From IMG/VR virus record IMGVR_UViG_3300032249_000373, positions 1 through 24,260 of that record: DNA of 24,260 nt; one strand, written 5' to 3'. Under the pieces are notes generated by a model. The model was not told the origin of the DNA, made no database searches, and worked only from the letters and a program-made list of their open reading frames with translations. The position numbers and the translations under genes were made by a program. Positions 1 through 6,737 of the stretch are shown one piece after another. Position 1 is the stretch's first letter, and each line of letters starts with the position of its first letter. The DNA is from a virus.

Positions 1-127
1 CTAACAATTCTTTTGCTCTTTCTGTATTGTTATATAGCCATGGATCGTCATCTGAGTTAATTGTTGTAAGGACGGAATCAAGTGCATTAATCATATCGTC
101 TAAATCTTCTTTAATATAACCTAACAT
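1..127 (-). CDS. Small hypothetical protein (runs off window start)
   Basis: Manual translation MLGYIKEDLDDMINALDSVL...; ATG overlaps the upstream stop (TAATG), preceded by GAGGAG. Confidence 0.7.
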   Translation of the reverse strand, partial: MLGYIKEDLDDMINALDSVLTTINSDDDPWLYNNTERAKELL

Positions 128-291
128 TAGTTCTCCTCATCCCACCAGTATTTGACTATTGTATTTAAAGTAGTGTGAATTGCACAATCACAATCCCCAC
201 CGTTCATATTTTCCATGTATTCAAGATGTTGTTCGTTGTCCATATACATCTCATTGACTAGTTCATCAATCGTTCTCATTGTTTGGGTCAT
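127..291 (-). CDS. 54-aa acidic hypothetical protein, leaderless
   Basis: Manual translation MTQTMRTIDELVNEMY...GGDCDCAIH...WWDEEN; ATG 6 nt after a TACAAT -10 box. Confidence 0.75.
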   Translation of the reverse strand: MTQTMRTIDELVNEMYMDNEQHLEYMENMNGGDCDCAIHTTLNTIVKYWWDEEN

Positions 292-297
292 ATATTA

Positions 298-326
298 ATT
301 GTAGCCGAAATCGTGGAAAAATGCAA
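298..326 (-). promoter_or_regulatory. Sigma70-type promoter TTGCAT-17-TACAAT
   Basis: Read directly on the minus strand; TTACGTAA palindrome (331-338) and CRP-like site (347-362) upstream. Confidence 0.7.
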
Positions 327-381
327 CTTCTTACGTAATCGTAAACTGTGTTTAATATCACATTGTCGAAAAATTTTCTTG

Positions 382-455
382 CGATTCCAACGGGACTTGA
401 ACCCGTAGCCTCCACCGTGACAGGGTGGCGATCTAACCAATTGATCTATGGAACC
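382..455 (-). tRNA. tRNA-Asp(GTC), CCA not encoded
   Basis: Acceptor stem GGTTCCA/TGGAATC, anticodon arm CCACC-CTGTCAC-GGTGG, T-arm ACGGG-TTCAAGT-CCCGT, discriminator G followed by CAA. Confidence 0.95.
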
Positions 456-458
456 TTA

Positions 459-487
459 CGAGCAGTTTTAATTCTTGCTCAGGAATT
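459..487 (-). ncRNA. Repeated H-type pseudoknot element, copy 1
   Basis: AAUUC-C-UGAGCA-A-GAAUU-AAAAC-UGCUCG; covaries with four other copies. Confidence 0.75.
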
Positions 488-494
488 TTTTTAG

Positions 495-1511
495 TTATGC
501 AATCTGCAAAGTGCTTTGCACAATCTTTAGCAAACGATTTTTTTCTGCGTTGATAGCAGGGTCAAAACCACTTGCTGATGCTAGGATAGATTCGTTAGAA
601 CCACCACGAGCAGAACGGTACCAGTCAAGGCGTTCTGTTAGTGCATTGAAAGCACCCCACGCATTACCAGCAATCATACCATTAAACTCGCCTGTGTAGA
701 TGTCGTTGATAACATCTACCTTGTTTTCCCATTTCTTGAAAGCACCCTTAGAATCTTTTTCTGGCTTAGGGTATGCAGCAAGAATGATGTCATTGAATTG
801 CTTAGCACTGATTTCTGTTTCAATCATAGCCTTAGCCATGAGGTCAAAAGAATCCATGTACTTATGAGCAAGACCAAGAGTCTCACGAGCAACGGCAACC
901 TTACCAGAAGCGGTCTGAGTGTGGCGAATCTTGAAAGATTGCTTGACACCATTCTTTTTCTTAGTTGTGTTTAGTGCAAGGTTAAGAGTGTTAGCGCACA
1001 CAACACGAACAGGTGTAATGCTTGCTTGAATAGCGATTGAGCCGTCATGTGATGTGTTGATAAGTAAATAAGTCTTTACCTTATCTGCAACACCGTTAGG
1101 GTCTAGGACAGTTTCACGCTCTAGTGCTAATGCACCGAATACGACACGACCACCCTTGATTGAGCCAGCCGTTTCCCAACGACCTCCACCGTCAAGAATG
1201 TTGTCACCGAATGAGAATAAATCTTCATTCTGCATAACATGATAACGCTCACCTACGACACCAAGAATGTCTGTCTGTGTGTTATCTGTTGGATTGGTAC
1301 GCAAAACATACTGGTATGCTTTGTCGCTTGTTAAGTGTGATGGGGTTTCCAAATCTTCCAGACGAACATTCCAACCGTTAAGGCTTGCAGCCTCTAACAT
1401 TTCTGATGTTGTTTTTTCTTCTGTAAATACGGTACCCAATCCATGCCAAGCAGGTTCACGAAATGATGCGAATGATGCCTTACCATTTTGTGATTCTAGT
1501 TCATGTGCCAT
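495..1511 (-). CDS. DUF932 / TIGR03299 phage-plasmid protein (338 aa)
   Basis: MAHELE...REPAWHGLG, LGVVGERYHVMQNE, WETAGSIKGGRVVF, NTSHDGS, TPVRVVCANTL motifs; start moved to 1511, behind an AAGGAG RBS. Confidence 0.9.
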   Translation of the reverse strand: MAHELESQNGKASFASFREPAWHGLGTVFTEEKTTSEMLEAASLNGWNVRLEDLETPSHLTSDKAYQYVLRTNPTDNTQTDILGVVGERYHVMQNEDLFSFGDNILDGGGRWETAGSIKGGRVVFGALALERETVLDPNGVADKVKTYLLINTSHDGSIAIQASITPVRVVCANTLNLALNTTKKKNGVKQSFKIRHTQTASGKVAVARETLGLAHKYMDSFDLMAKAMIETEISAKQFNDIILAAYPKPEKDSKGAFKKWENKVDVINDIYTGEFNGMIAGNAWGAFNALTERLDWYRSARGGSNESILASASGFDPAINAEKNRLLKIVQSTLQIA

Positions 1512-1542
1512 GAGTTTTCTCCTTTTTGTTGTTGTTAATACA

Positions 1543-1572
1543 ATCATACACGAATGGGCTGACAAATGCAAA
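1543..1572 (-). promoter_or_regulatory. Early promoter TGTCAG-N10-TATGAT with TTGCAT -35
   Basis: One of eight copies with identical spacing. Confidence 0.75.
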
Positions 1573-1687
1573 TCGGTATAGTTAGACATAGGGCAATTCG
1601 GACATTTTTCTTGTGATCTTAAACACATGCTCGTAACTTGACATTGACTGGTCAGCCGTGTCGAAAAATTTTTCAAGGGATTGAGCG

Positions 1688-1715
1688 GAGCAGTTTTTAA
1701 ACATGCTCAGGTTTA
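1688..1715 (-). ncRNA. Repeated H-type pseudoknot element, copy 2
   Basis: UAAAC-CU-GAGCA-U-GUUUA-AAAAC-UGCUC. Confidence 0.75.
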
Positions 1716-1729
1716 TTAGTAGCCCCCTA

Positions 1730-2152
1730 CTAAATATCTACTCTGTCAACACTGGATGACAGGTATGCAATTTCTTCACCATATGAAACTGAATCAAAAT
1801 CAATTTCATGAATTGCATTAATTGCTTCTTCTTCATTACGTGCATTGACTGTAACTGAATATTGAACTGTAACTTCCAATTCAAATTCTTTTGTTAATTC
1901 AAAACCGCAAATGTTTGCAATCTCTTCTGCAACACCTTCATCAAAAGTGCCATTCTCTAGCGCTTCTAAGGTCCACTCTTGCATTTCATTACGCATACGG
2001 TTGCGCTCTGCAGCCTCGCCGTATGAACGTTGCGTTACTTCTTGAATGTGCTTTTCTAATTGGTTAATACGATTTTTGTTTTCCACTAACTGTGACTCAA
2101 GAAATTCTCTTGTCATGTAGTGCTTTGCGGTTTCTGTTGTTACCTGGTCCAT
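1730..2152 (-). CDS. Acidic hypothetical protein with N-terminal coiled coil (140 aa)
   Basis: Full ORF with its own promoter and purine-rich RBS. Confidence 0.8.
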   Translation of the reverse strand: MDQVTTETAKHYMTREFLESQLVENKNRINQLEKHIQEVTQRSYGEAAERNRMRNEMQEWTLEALENGTFDEGVAEEIANICGFELTKEFELEVTVQYSVTVNARNEEEAINAIHEIDFDSVSYGEEIAYLSSSVDRVDI

Positions 2153-2184
2153 GGGGGCCCTCTTTCTGTTAGTTGTTTAATTTA

Positions 2185-2214
2185 ATTATACTGGGTACCA
2201 CTGACAAATGTCAA
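2185..2214 (-). promoter_or_regulatory. Consensus promoter TTGACA-18-TATAAT with TGTCAG in the spacer
   Basis: Read directly on the minus strand. Confidence 0.85.
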
Positions 2215-2228
2215 GATCCCCTTACGGG

Positions 2229-2255
2229 GAGTAGTTTATACACATACTCAGGTGT
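2229..2255 (-). ncRNA. Repeated H-type pseudoknot element, copy 3
   Basis: ACAC-CU-GAGUA-U-GUGU-AUAAAC-UACUC; compensatory C-G to U-A change in stem 2. Confidence 0.75.
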
Positions 2256-2310
2256 CTTGTCTCAGGCATACCTACGCATCATGGCATAGGGCTTAGCAGA
2301 AACAAATTAT

Positions 2311-2733
2311 TTAGAGATAACGAGATACCGCTTGATAGGTAGAAGTAGAAACTACTTCCTCGTCTGTCATCTTTAGAATACGAATAGCGTTAGAGATTTC
2401 CTCTTTCTGCTCACGATAGTTATAGACAGAAAATGTCTCAAAGTCTTTCTCAGGCTCTTTAGGCAAGTCCTTGTCTGAAACTGTTAGGTCAAAGTCAATG
2501 TTAAGACTATTGTTCCATGAGCGATAGTTAGTGCGGAAGTTTTCTGCCTTACTGATGTTAGCAAGAGCATAGTCCTGCACTTCCTTCTGCCATGCCTTGC
2601 GTAGCAATTCGTATCGTGCTTCGTTGGCTTCTTGTGATGTGTAGTCAAGTTCTAGTTTATCTAGTGACTTTTGTAGTGCCTCAATTACTCGTTGAGTAGG
2701 TATCTTTACTGAGATTGCTTTTTGTCTTGCCAT
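2311..2733 (-). CDS. Hypothetical phage protein (140 aa)
   Basis: Full ORF, purine-rich leader, same strand as neighbours. Confidence 0.8.
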   Translation of the reverse strand: MARQKAISVKIPTQRVIEALQKSLDKLELDYTSQEANEARYELLRKAWQKEVQDYALANISKAENFRTNYRSWNNSLNIDFDLTVSDKDLPKEPEKDFETFSVYNYREQKEEISNAIRILKMTDEEVVSTSTYQAVSRYL

Positions 2734-2781
2734 CTTTTATTTTCTCTTTTCTTTGGTGGTTTAATTGTTAGGGGGTTGTGT

Positions 2782-2812
2782 TGAGCAGTTTTAGTAGTCA
2801 TGCTCAGGACTA
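2782..2812 (-). ncRNA. Repeated H-type pseudoknot element, copy 4
   Basis: UAGUC-C-UGAGCA-U-GACUA-CUAAAAC-UGCUCA. Confidence 0.75.
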
Positions 2813-2838
2813 AGTTACTATCTAACTGGCTTGTTAGA

Positions 2839-3003
2839 TTACTTAGCCGTCCAAGTTGTGTATCGGTGTGAGCCATTGACATCTAACTTTACACGAACAT
2901 TACCATTTGGTTGTGGGTTAATCTCTACGATTGTTCCTGTGACCTTTGACTTCTGTGTTGTGTATGTGTCGCCTACCTTGTATGTTGCTGTTGCTACTGA
3001 CAT
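2839..3003 (-). CDS. 54-aa small beta protein (SH3/KOW-like pattern)
   Basis: MSVATATYKVGDTY...GTIVEI...VRVKLD; start set behind AAGGAG RBS. Confidence 0.75.
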   Translation of the reverse strand: MSVATATYKVGDTYTTQKSKVTGTIVEINPQPNGNVRVKLDVNGSHRYTTWTAK

Positions 3004-3044
3004 TGTGTTTCTCCTTTTGTTTAGTGTGTTTTGCTTATGTATTA

Positions 3045-3073
3045 AGTGTAACATTTCCTACTGACATTATCAA
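3045..3073 (-). promoter_or_regulatory. Early promoter TTGATA-17-TACACT with TGTCAG box
   Basis: Same spacing as the other copies. Confidence 0.75.
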
Positions 3074-3114
3074 CATTTTTCCTAGATTTCTCACTATTTG
3101 AGACGCTTAGGGTA

Positions 3115-3130
3115 TGTGATTTATGTCACA
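3115..3130. promoter_or_regulatory. Perfect CRP/GlxR-type site TGTGA-N6-TCACA
   Basis: TGTGATTTATGTCACA; one of nine such sites. Confidence 0.75.
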
Positions 3131-3146
3131 TTGGACAGATTGAGGG

Positions 3147-3212
3147 TTATTGTCCACCTGCTATGATTAGTATGATTAGTAACCCTATTACTGTTGCTAT
3201 TACCATTTCCAT
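3147..3212 (-). CDS. 21-aa hydrophobic single-TM peptide
   Basis: MEMVIATVIGLLIILIIAGGQ; GAGGA RBS overlapping the gp88 stop. Confidence 0.6.
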   Translation of the reverse strand: MEMVIATVIGLLIILIIAGGQ

Positions 3213-3218
3213 TTTTCC

Positions 3219-3941
3219 TCATTTCTTAGTTGCAGAAAAAATTATGTCACTCTTAGAGTATACACACAATGAGCAAGAAACGCAAGCCGAGCCCTTTGTG
3301 CTTATGAGTGGTATCTGCTTATTGTTTTCAGGACACTTAGCCCCAGGTCTATTGGTCAATGCCTTTAAGTCTGCTTGTCCTATTAGAAAGTTTTTAGCAA
3401 GGTATGCTAATTTAATTCCATGATCTGTTTTTAATTCCACACCTGTATCTTTATTCTCGCTATCTGTGGAATAGTATAGTGAAAGATTTTCAATACCCTT
3501 CAACATTAGGGCAGCACTCTTAACTCTCGTGTATACCCAGAATTGAATATCAGGATTATTAAGGATGACATGCTTCCATGCGAATGTATAAGTATCGTTA
3601 AAGAAATCGCCGTCCCAATGAATACGGAATAGCATAGGGGCTTCACGCTTTACGCACTCAGCCTTGAAGTCTTTTATCATATCTTCAAGCAATGCTTCAA
3701 TGGTATCGTGATCAGCGTCCTTAATTAATTCCCAATTGTGCAATAAGTTTTTCTTTACTGTTGGGAATACCTTTTCCAATTTGCCTGCATAGCAAACACT
3801 CTCGCAGACAGACGTTGCACCAGGACATGAATAGTTTTTTCCTGCTGGTAATCCGAAAGTGTTAGCGATACTTGCTTGTTTTCCATTTGGTGTAACTGCA
3901 TTTGCTACTTTCCTATCTTTGCTTCTTAGTAGTTTAGTCAT
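3219..3941 (-). CDS. Gp88-like (Gene product 88 family) Cys-rich protein
   Basis: FGLPAG...SCPGATSVCESVCYA, FRIHWDGDFF, FWVYTR, KCPE...CVSCSLC motifs; likely start MTKLLRSKDRK at 3941. Confidence 0.8.
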   Translation of the reverse strand: MTKLLRSKDRKVANAVTPNGKQASIANTFGLPAGKNYSCPGATSVCESVCYAGKLEKVFPTVKKNLLHNWELIKDADHDTIEALLEDMIKDFKAECVKREAPMLFRIHWDGDFFNDTYTFAWKHVILNNPDIQFWVYTRVKSAALMLKGIENLSLYYSTDSENKDTGVELKTDHGIKLAYLAKNFLIGQADLKALTNRPGAKCPENNKQIPLISTKGSACVSCSLCVYSKSDIIFSATKK

Positions 3942-3946
3942 GGTGG

Positions 3947-4087
3947 CTACTCTCTTTCTTTCTTTAATTCTAACATAAGGGACTGACATTTTTTTCTATC
4001 GTATTTTTTCTTATTGGGTACGGCAGAGGCAGCGTTAGACCTACGTAATTCCATAAGCCTACGTAATTCCTCTTTGGTTTTCTTCAT
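3947..4087 (-). CDS. 46-aa very basic leaderless peptide
   Basis: MKKTKEELRRLMELRRSNAASAVPNKKKYDRKKCQSLMLELKKERE; ATG 5 nt after the TAAGAT -10. Confidence 0.65.
   Translation of the reverse strand: MKKTKEELRRLMELRRSNAASAVPNKKKYDRKKCQSLMLELKKERE
3967..3988 (-). promoter_or_regulatory. Early promoter TGTCAG-N10-TAGAAT for gp88
   Basis: Motif spacing conserved; extended -10 TGn. Confidence 0.7.
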
Positions 4088-4092
4088 ACTTA

Positions 4093-4121
4093 ATCTTAAC
4101 AGAATCCTGGGAAAATGTCAA
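4093..4121 (-). promoter_or_regulatory. Promoter TTGACA-17-TAAGAT
   Basis: Read directly; TTACGTAA palindrome just upstream (4125-4132). Confidence 0.75.
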
Positions 4122-4194
4122 ATCTTACGTAAACACGACACGCCCGACTGCGTTCGAAAATTTTGTGCGGGGAAGCACACAAAATCTTTTTTAG

Positions 4195-4437
4195 TTAATC
4201 AGCATCCTCAGTAAAAACATACAACGGAATTAAATCAGTGTAAGAATACTGAGTAACTTCCTTTTCACCAAATTCGTTTTCGGTTTGGATGTCATAGTTA
4301 TCTCCTGTTGAATCACTTTCAATAAAAATAACTTCAACAATGTCTTCACCGATCTTGATTAAATCACCAAGCATAACCTGGTCTGGTGTTAAGTTATCAG
4401 CGTGTAATAATTCCATAGAATTCATTGTAACAGTCAT
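4195..4437 (-). CDS. Acidic hypothetical protein (~80 aa)
   Basis: ORF track; start moved to the ATG coupled to the upstream stop (TAA-A-ATG). Confidence 0.7.
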   Translation of the reverse strand: MTVTMNSMELLHADNLTPDQVMLGDLIKIGEDIVEVIFIESDSTGDNYDIQTENEFGEKEVTQYSYTDLIPLYVFTEDAD

Positions 4438-4438
4438 T

Positions 4439-4504
4439 TTAACGGGTCCCCGCAAGTGCTATAAAAAACAAAAGAAAACCTGCAACGATAAAGAATTCCA
4501 CCAT
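4439..4504 (-). CDS. 21-aa hydrophobic single-TM peptide
   Basis: MVEFFIVAGFLLFFIALAGTR; TAATG overlap upstream, exactly fills the gap. Confidence 0.6.
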   Translation of the reverse strand: MVEFFIVAGFLLFFIALAGTR

Positions 4505-4824
4505 TATTCAAGCCCCAATCCTAATTCAAATCCTAGGTCCTCGTTATAGTCTTCAACGTTTTCAGGCAACCATGGATGCAAGTGGTGTTGCTCAATGATA
4601 GCCCACACTGGAGCGCAGGTTTCATTCTTGTAGTAAATACCGTCTGGCATCTCAATAGTTTCATCCCACAATTCCTGGTGTGCAAAATCAATTGCAGCAA
4701 TGCATACTGGTACCATGCTTAGTGGTACTGGTGGATAGTGATTACCCTGCAAGTGATAACCAATAGCCTGTTCAAGGCTTATGTCAATGTTTTCTGCTAG
4801 ATCCATCGCTGTGTTGTATCCCAT
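4504..4824 (-). CDS. Conserved phage hypothetical protein (HLQGNHYPPVP motif)
   Basis: Full ORF, translationally coupled on both sides. Confidence 0.8.
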   Translation of the reverse strand: MGYNTAMDLAENIDISLEQAIGYHLQGNHYPPVPLSMVPVCIAAIDFAHQELWDETIEMPDGIYYKNETCAPVWAIIEQHHLHPWLPENVEDYNEDLGFELGLGLE

Positions 4825-5042
4825 TATCGTGTTACCACCATTCCTGTTTTGTAAAAAGTTTTTGTGTGCATCTTGCCTGAAGGTTCAGAAAGATTAACTG
4901 TTGCGTATTCGTTAGCAAATCCGTGGTCAATAAACTTTTGATAAACTTCCACGGCAGATAAAGCATCTGAGTAGCGACCAACCCATTTAGGTGTAGGGGC
5001 TGAGTCATAGGTAACTGTTACTGAGTATAGGTATTCGTTCAT
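4824..5042 (-). CDS. Hypothetical protein (72 aa)
   Basis: TAATG coupling, AAGGAG RBS. Confidence 0.8.
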   Translation of the reverse strand: MNEYLYSVTVTYDSAPTPKWVGRYSDALSAVEVYQKFIDHGFANEYATVNLSEPSGKMHTKTFYKTGMVVTR

Positions 5043-5218
5043 TATGCATTCTCCTTATAAAATTCGTTCATGATACTTTCAGCATACCATTCGGTGTATT
5101 CAGTTTCAAGCGACACGCCCTTAGCGCACTCACAAAAATCTGTATCGTATTCACCATGATTATTGCCCCAAAATAGGACACCCTCATCATAGCAATCCAT
5201 GCAATCCCAAGTGTTCAT
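5042..5218 (-). CDS. 58-aa CxxC...CxC zinc-finger-like protein
   Basis: Manual translation MNTWDCMDCYDEGVLFWG...DFCECAKG... Confidence 0.75.
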   Translation of the reverse strand: MNTWDCMDCYDEGVLFWGNNHGEYDTDFCECAKGVSLETEYTEWYAESIMNEFYKENA

Positions 5219-5222
5219 TTAT

Positions 5223-5453
5223 TTACCCCTTTACCTTTACTGCGACTACCGCATAAAAATCATTCCACCGCTTTGGTGAAACTGAGTATCCTGTATAAGT
5301 AGGCTTAACAAGAATACGATACGCTTGGTATTCATTTCCATACCATGCATCATGAGGCGTTGCCTCTTTAATTTCTCCCTCAATGCCACGAGACTTTGAG
5401 CGATACTGTTTTCCTACGAGTAGGCTATCTATTGTATAGGTTAGTGCTGACAT
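5223..5453 (-). CDS. Hypothetical protein (76 aa)
   Basis: GAAAGG RBS; first gene after a promoter. Confidence 0.8.
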   Translation of the reverse strand: MSALTYTIDSLLVGKQYRSKSRGIEGEIKEATPHDAWYGNEYQAYRILVKPTYTGYSVSPKRWNDFYAVVAVKVKG

Positions 5454-5496
5454 TATGTCCGCCTTTCTTTTTCTTTAATTAACTTATTACTATGTA

Positions 5497-5518
5497 ATCC
5501 TATCATGGCAGGCTGACA
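5497..5518 (-). promoter_or_regulatory. Early promoter TGTCAG-N10-TAGGAT
   Basis: Conserved motif and spacing. Confidence 0.7.
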
Positions 5519-5567
5519 AATGTATAGTTACTAGCGAGTAATCTTAAATACTGAGACGCTCAACCTA

Positions 5568-5601
5568 TGTGATAAATCTCACAAATCTAGCCTGTGGATA
5601 A
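5568..5601. promoter_or_regulatory. CRP-type site (5568-5583) and DnaA box (5593-5601)
   Basis: TGTGATAAATCTCACA; TGTGGATAA is the reverse complement of TTATCCACA. Confidence 0.7.
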
Positions 5602-5638
5602 CCCTGTGGAGGACACGCCCGAACGGGTCGAAAAAATT

Positions 5639-5667
5639 TAAGCAGTTTTAGATCATGCTTAGGATTT
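5639..5667 (-). ncRNA. Repeated H-type pseudoknot element, copy 5
   Basis: AAAUC-C-UAAGCA-U-GAUCU-AAAAC-UGCUUA; compensatory G-C to A-U change in stem 2, one A.C mismatch in stem 1. Confidence 0.7.
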
Positions 5668-5685
5668 TGCTTAGCCTCTGCAGTG

Positions 5686-5871
5686 CTAAGACTTTGTTAA
5701 AATTCCATCAACGCAAGCATCATAGAATTTATTTTCATCAAATCTAGGATTATCAGAAGCAAACCATTCGCTAAATTCAAAAACTAATTGGTCAAAATCA
5801 TTTGAGTCAATGTCATCAACAAATTTATTTAGAATTTTTGCAGTTTCTACATAGTCTTTACGTGTCATCAT
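5686..5871 (-). CDS. Conserved phage hypothetical protein (MTRKDY...DNPRFD..KF..AC)
   Basis: Recognisable small phage family pattern; coupled start. Confidence 0.8.
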   Translation of the reverse strand: MMTRKDYVETAKILNKFVDDIDSNDFDQLVFEFSEWFASDNPRFDENKFYDACVDGILTKS

Positions 5872-6024
5872 TTAGTAAGTTTCCACTTTCTCTACATCTG
5901 CGACATTATCTAAACGCCATGTGTTGTTTACAATTTCAATAACTTTTTCAAATGAGTGGGCCTCATACGCAGGGTATGAGACCTCACCATTTACATTACG
6001 CACTGAAAGTTTTACGCCATTCAT
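5872..6024 (-). CDS. 50-aa hypothetical protein
   Basis: Manual translation MNGVKLSVRNVNGEVSYPAYEAHSF...; TAATG overlap. Confidence 0.7.
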   Translation of the reverse strand: MNGVKLSVRNVNGEVSYPAYEAHSFEKVIEIVNNTWRLDNVADVEKVETY

Positions 6025-6230
6025 TAGTCGGCCACCTTTAGAATTGCATAGGACCCGCCTGCGTTAATTTCATCTAGTGCAGATTTAATTCGTGGTGCAA
6101 GTAAATCCTTGAGCATTGACTCAAGCATGATTACACGCATTGACTCCTCTAATGCTAACAGTTGTGCACCGATTGGATGAGTTTCGTCTACTTCTGTCAC
6201 GAAGTGTAGTGAGTGAGGTACTTTTACCAT
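6024..6230 (-). CDS. Hypothetical protein (68 aa)
   Basis: AGGA RBS; operon context. Confidence 0.75.
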   Translation of the reverse strand: MVKVPHSLHFVTEVDETHPIGAQLLALEESMRVIMLESMLKDLLAPRIKSALDEINAGGSYAILKVAD

Positions 6231-6248
6231 TTTTAGTTTTCCTATTCT

Positions 6249-6446
6249 TTAGTTTGAGTTAGTGAGTGTACGAGTGCCACGAATTGTGCCACTAATTCCA
6301 AGAGAGTCGCAAGCGACTTTAACAGATACGCCAACAGGTAATTGTGTTGGGTATTGTGATACGAATTGAGCAACCTGACCTCGTGATGAGAAGTTGATTT
6401 TTTTGGTAGAACCTGAAAAGGTTTCTAGTGTAACAGTGTAAGTCAT
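6249..6446 (-). CDS. Hypothetical protein (65 aa)
   Basis: GAAAGGA RBS downstream of a promoter. Confidence 0.75.
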   Translation of the reverse strand: MTYTVTLETFSGSTKKINFSSRGQVAQFVSQYPTQLPVGVSVKVACDSLGISGTIRGTRTLTNSN

Positions 6447-6478
6447 TGAGTGACTTCCTTTCTTTAAGTGATAAGACT

Positions 6479-6544
6479 ATCCTATCACGGGGGGCTGACA
6501 AATTGGGGCACTTATTCGCTAGGCTCACTGTGATACTGGTCACA
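6479..6544 (-). promoter_or_regulatory. Early promoter TGTCAG-N10-TAGGAT with perfect CRP-type site (6529-6544)
   Basis: Read directly from the sequence. Confidence 0.7.
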
Positions 6545-6597
6545 TTTATTTGCTAGGCTCATTGCCTTGTCTGTCCTTATTTAATTGTTATACTAGA

Positions 6598-6691
6598 AGT
6601 ATAGCAAAGAAATGTCAAAAAGTCAAATCCTAACACGGCGTGTCGCATGTGAGTTACACCACATCTATCCTGTGGATAAGCCTGTGGATAA
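6598..6691 (-). promoter_or_regulatory. Promoter TTGACT-17-TATACT, CRP-like site (6648-6663), tandem DnaA boxes (6671-6679, 6683-6691)
   Basis: Read directly from the sequence. Confidence 0.7.
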
Positions 6692-6704
6692 CTTTTTTCG
6701 AAAA

Positions 6705-6730
6705 TTTTTCAGGGGATCAATCCTGAAAAA
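6705..6730 (-). terminator. Probable intrinsic terminator hairpin
   Basis: 9-bp stem TTTTTCAGG/CCTGAAAAA followed by TTTT on the minus strand, just after the last gene of the operon. Confidence 0.5.
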
Positions 6731-6737
6731 CTTTTTA

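Noticed and set aside
340-381. Theta/HDV-like ribozyme after the tRNA 3' end
   Set aside because: No nested double pseudoknot is visible; the sequence is explained by the TTTTCGA and CRP motifs
1512-1676. 55-aa N-terminal extension of DUF932 in the ORF track
   Set aside because: It spans the promoter and CRP site; the family N-terminus and RBS indicate a start at 1511
459-5667. Repeats as a CRISPR array or preQ1-I riboswitches
   Set aside because: Copies are dispersed and separated by genes, with no cas genes; they lie 3' of genes, have a longer Watson-Crick stem 2 than preQ1-I and there are no queuosine genes (an Rfam scan is still needed)
6319-6543. 74-aa minus-strand ORF
   Set aside because: Starts inside a CRP site, crosses a promoter and overlaps 6249-6446 out of frame
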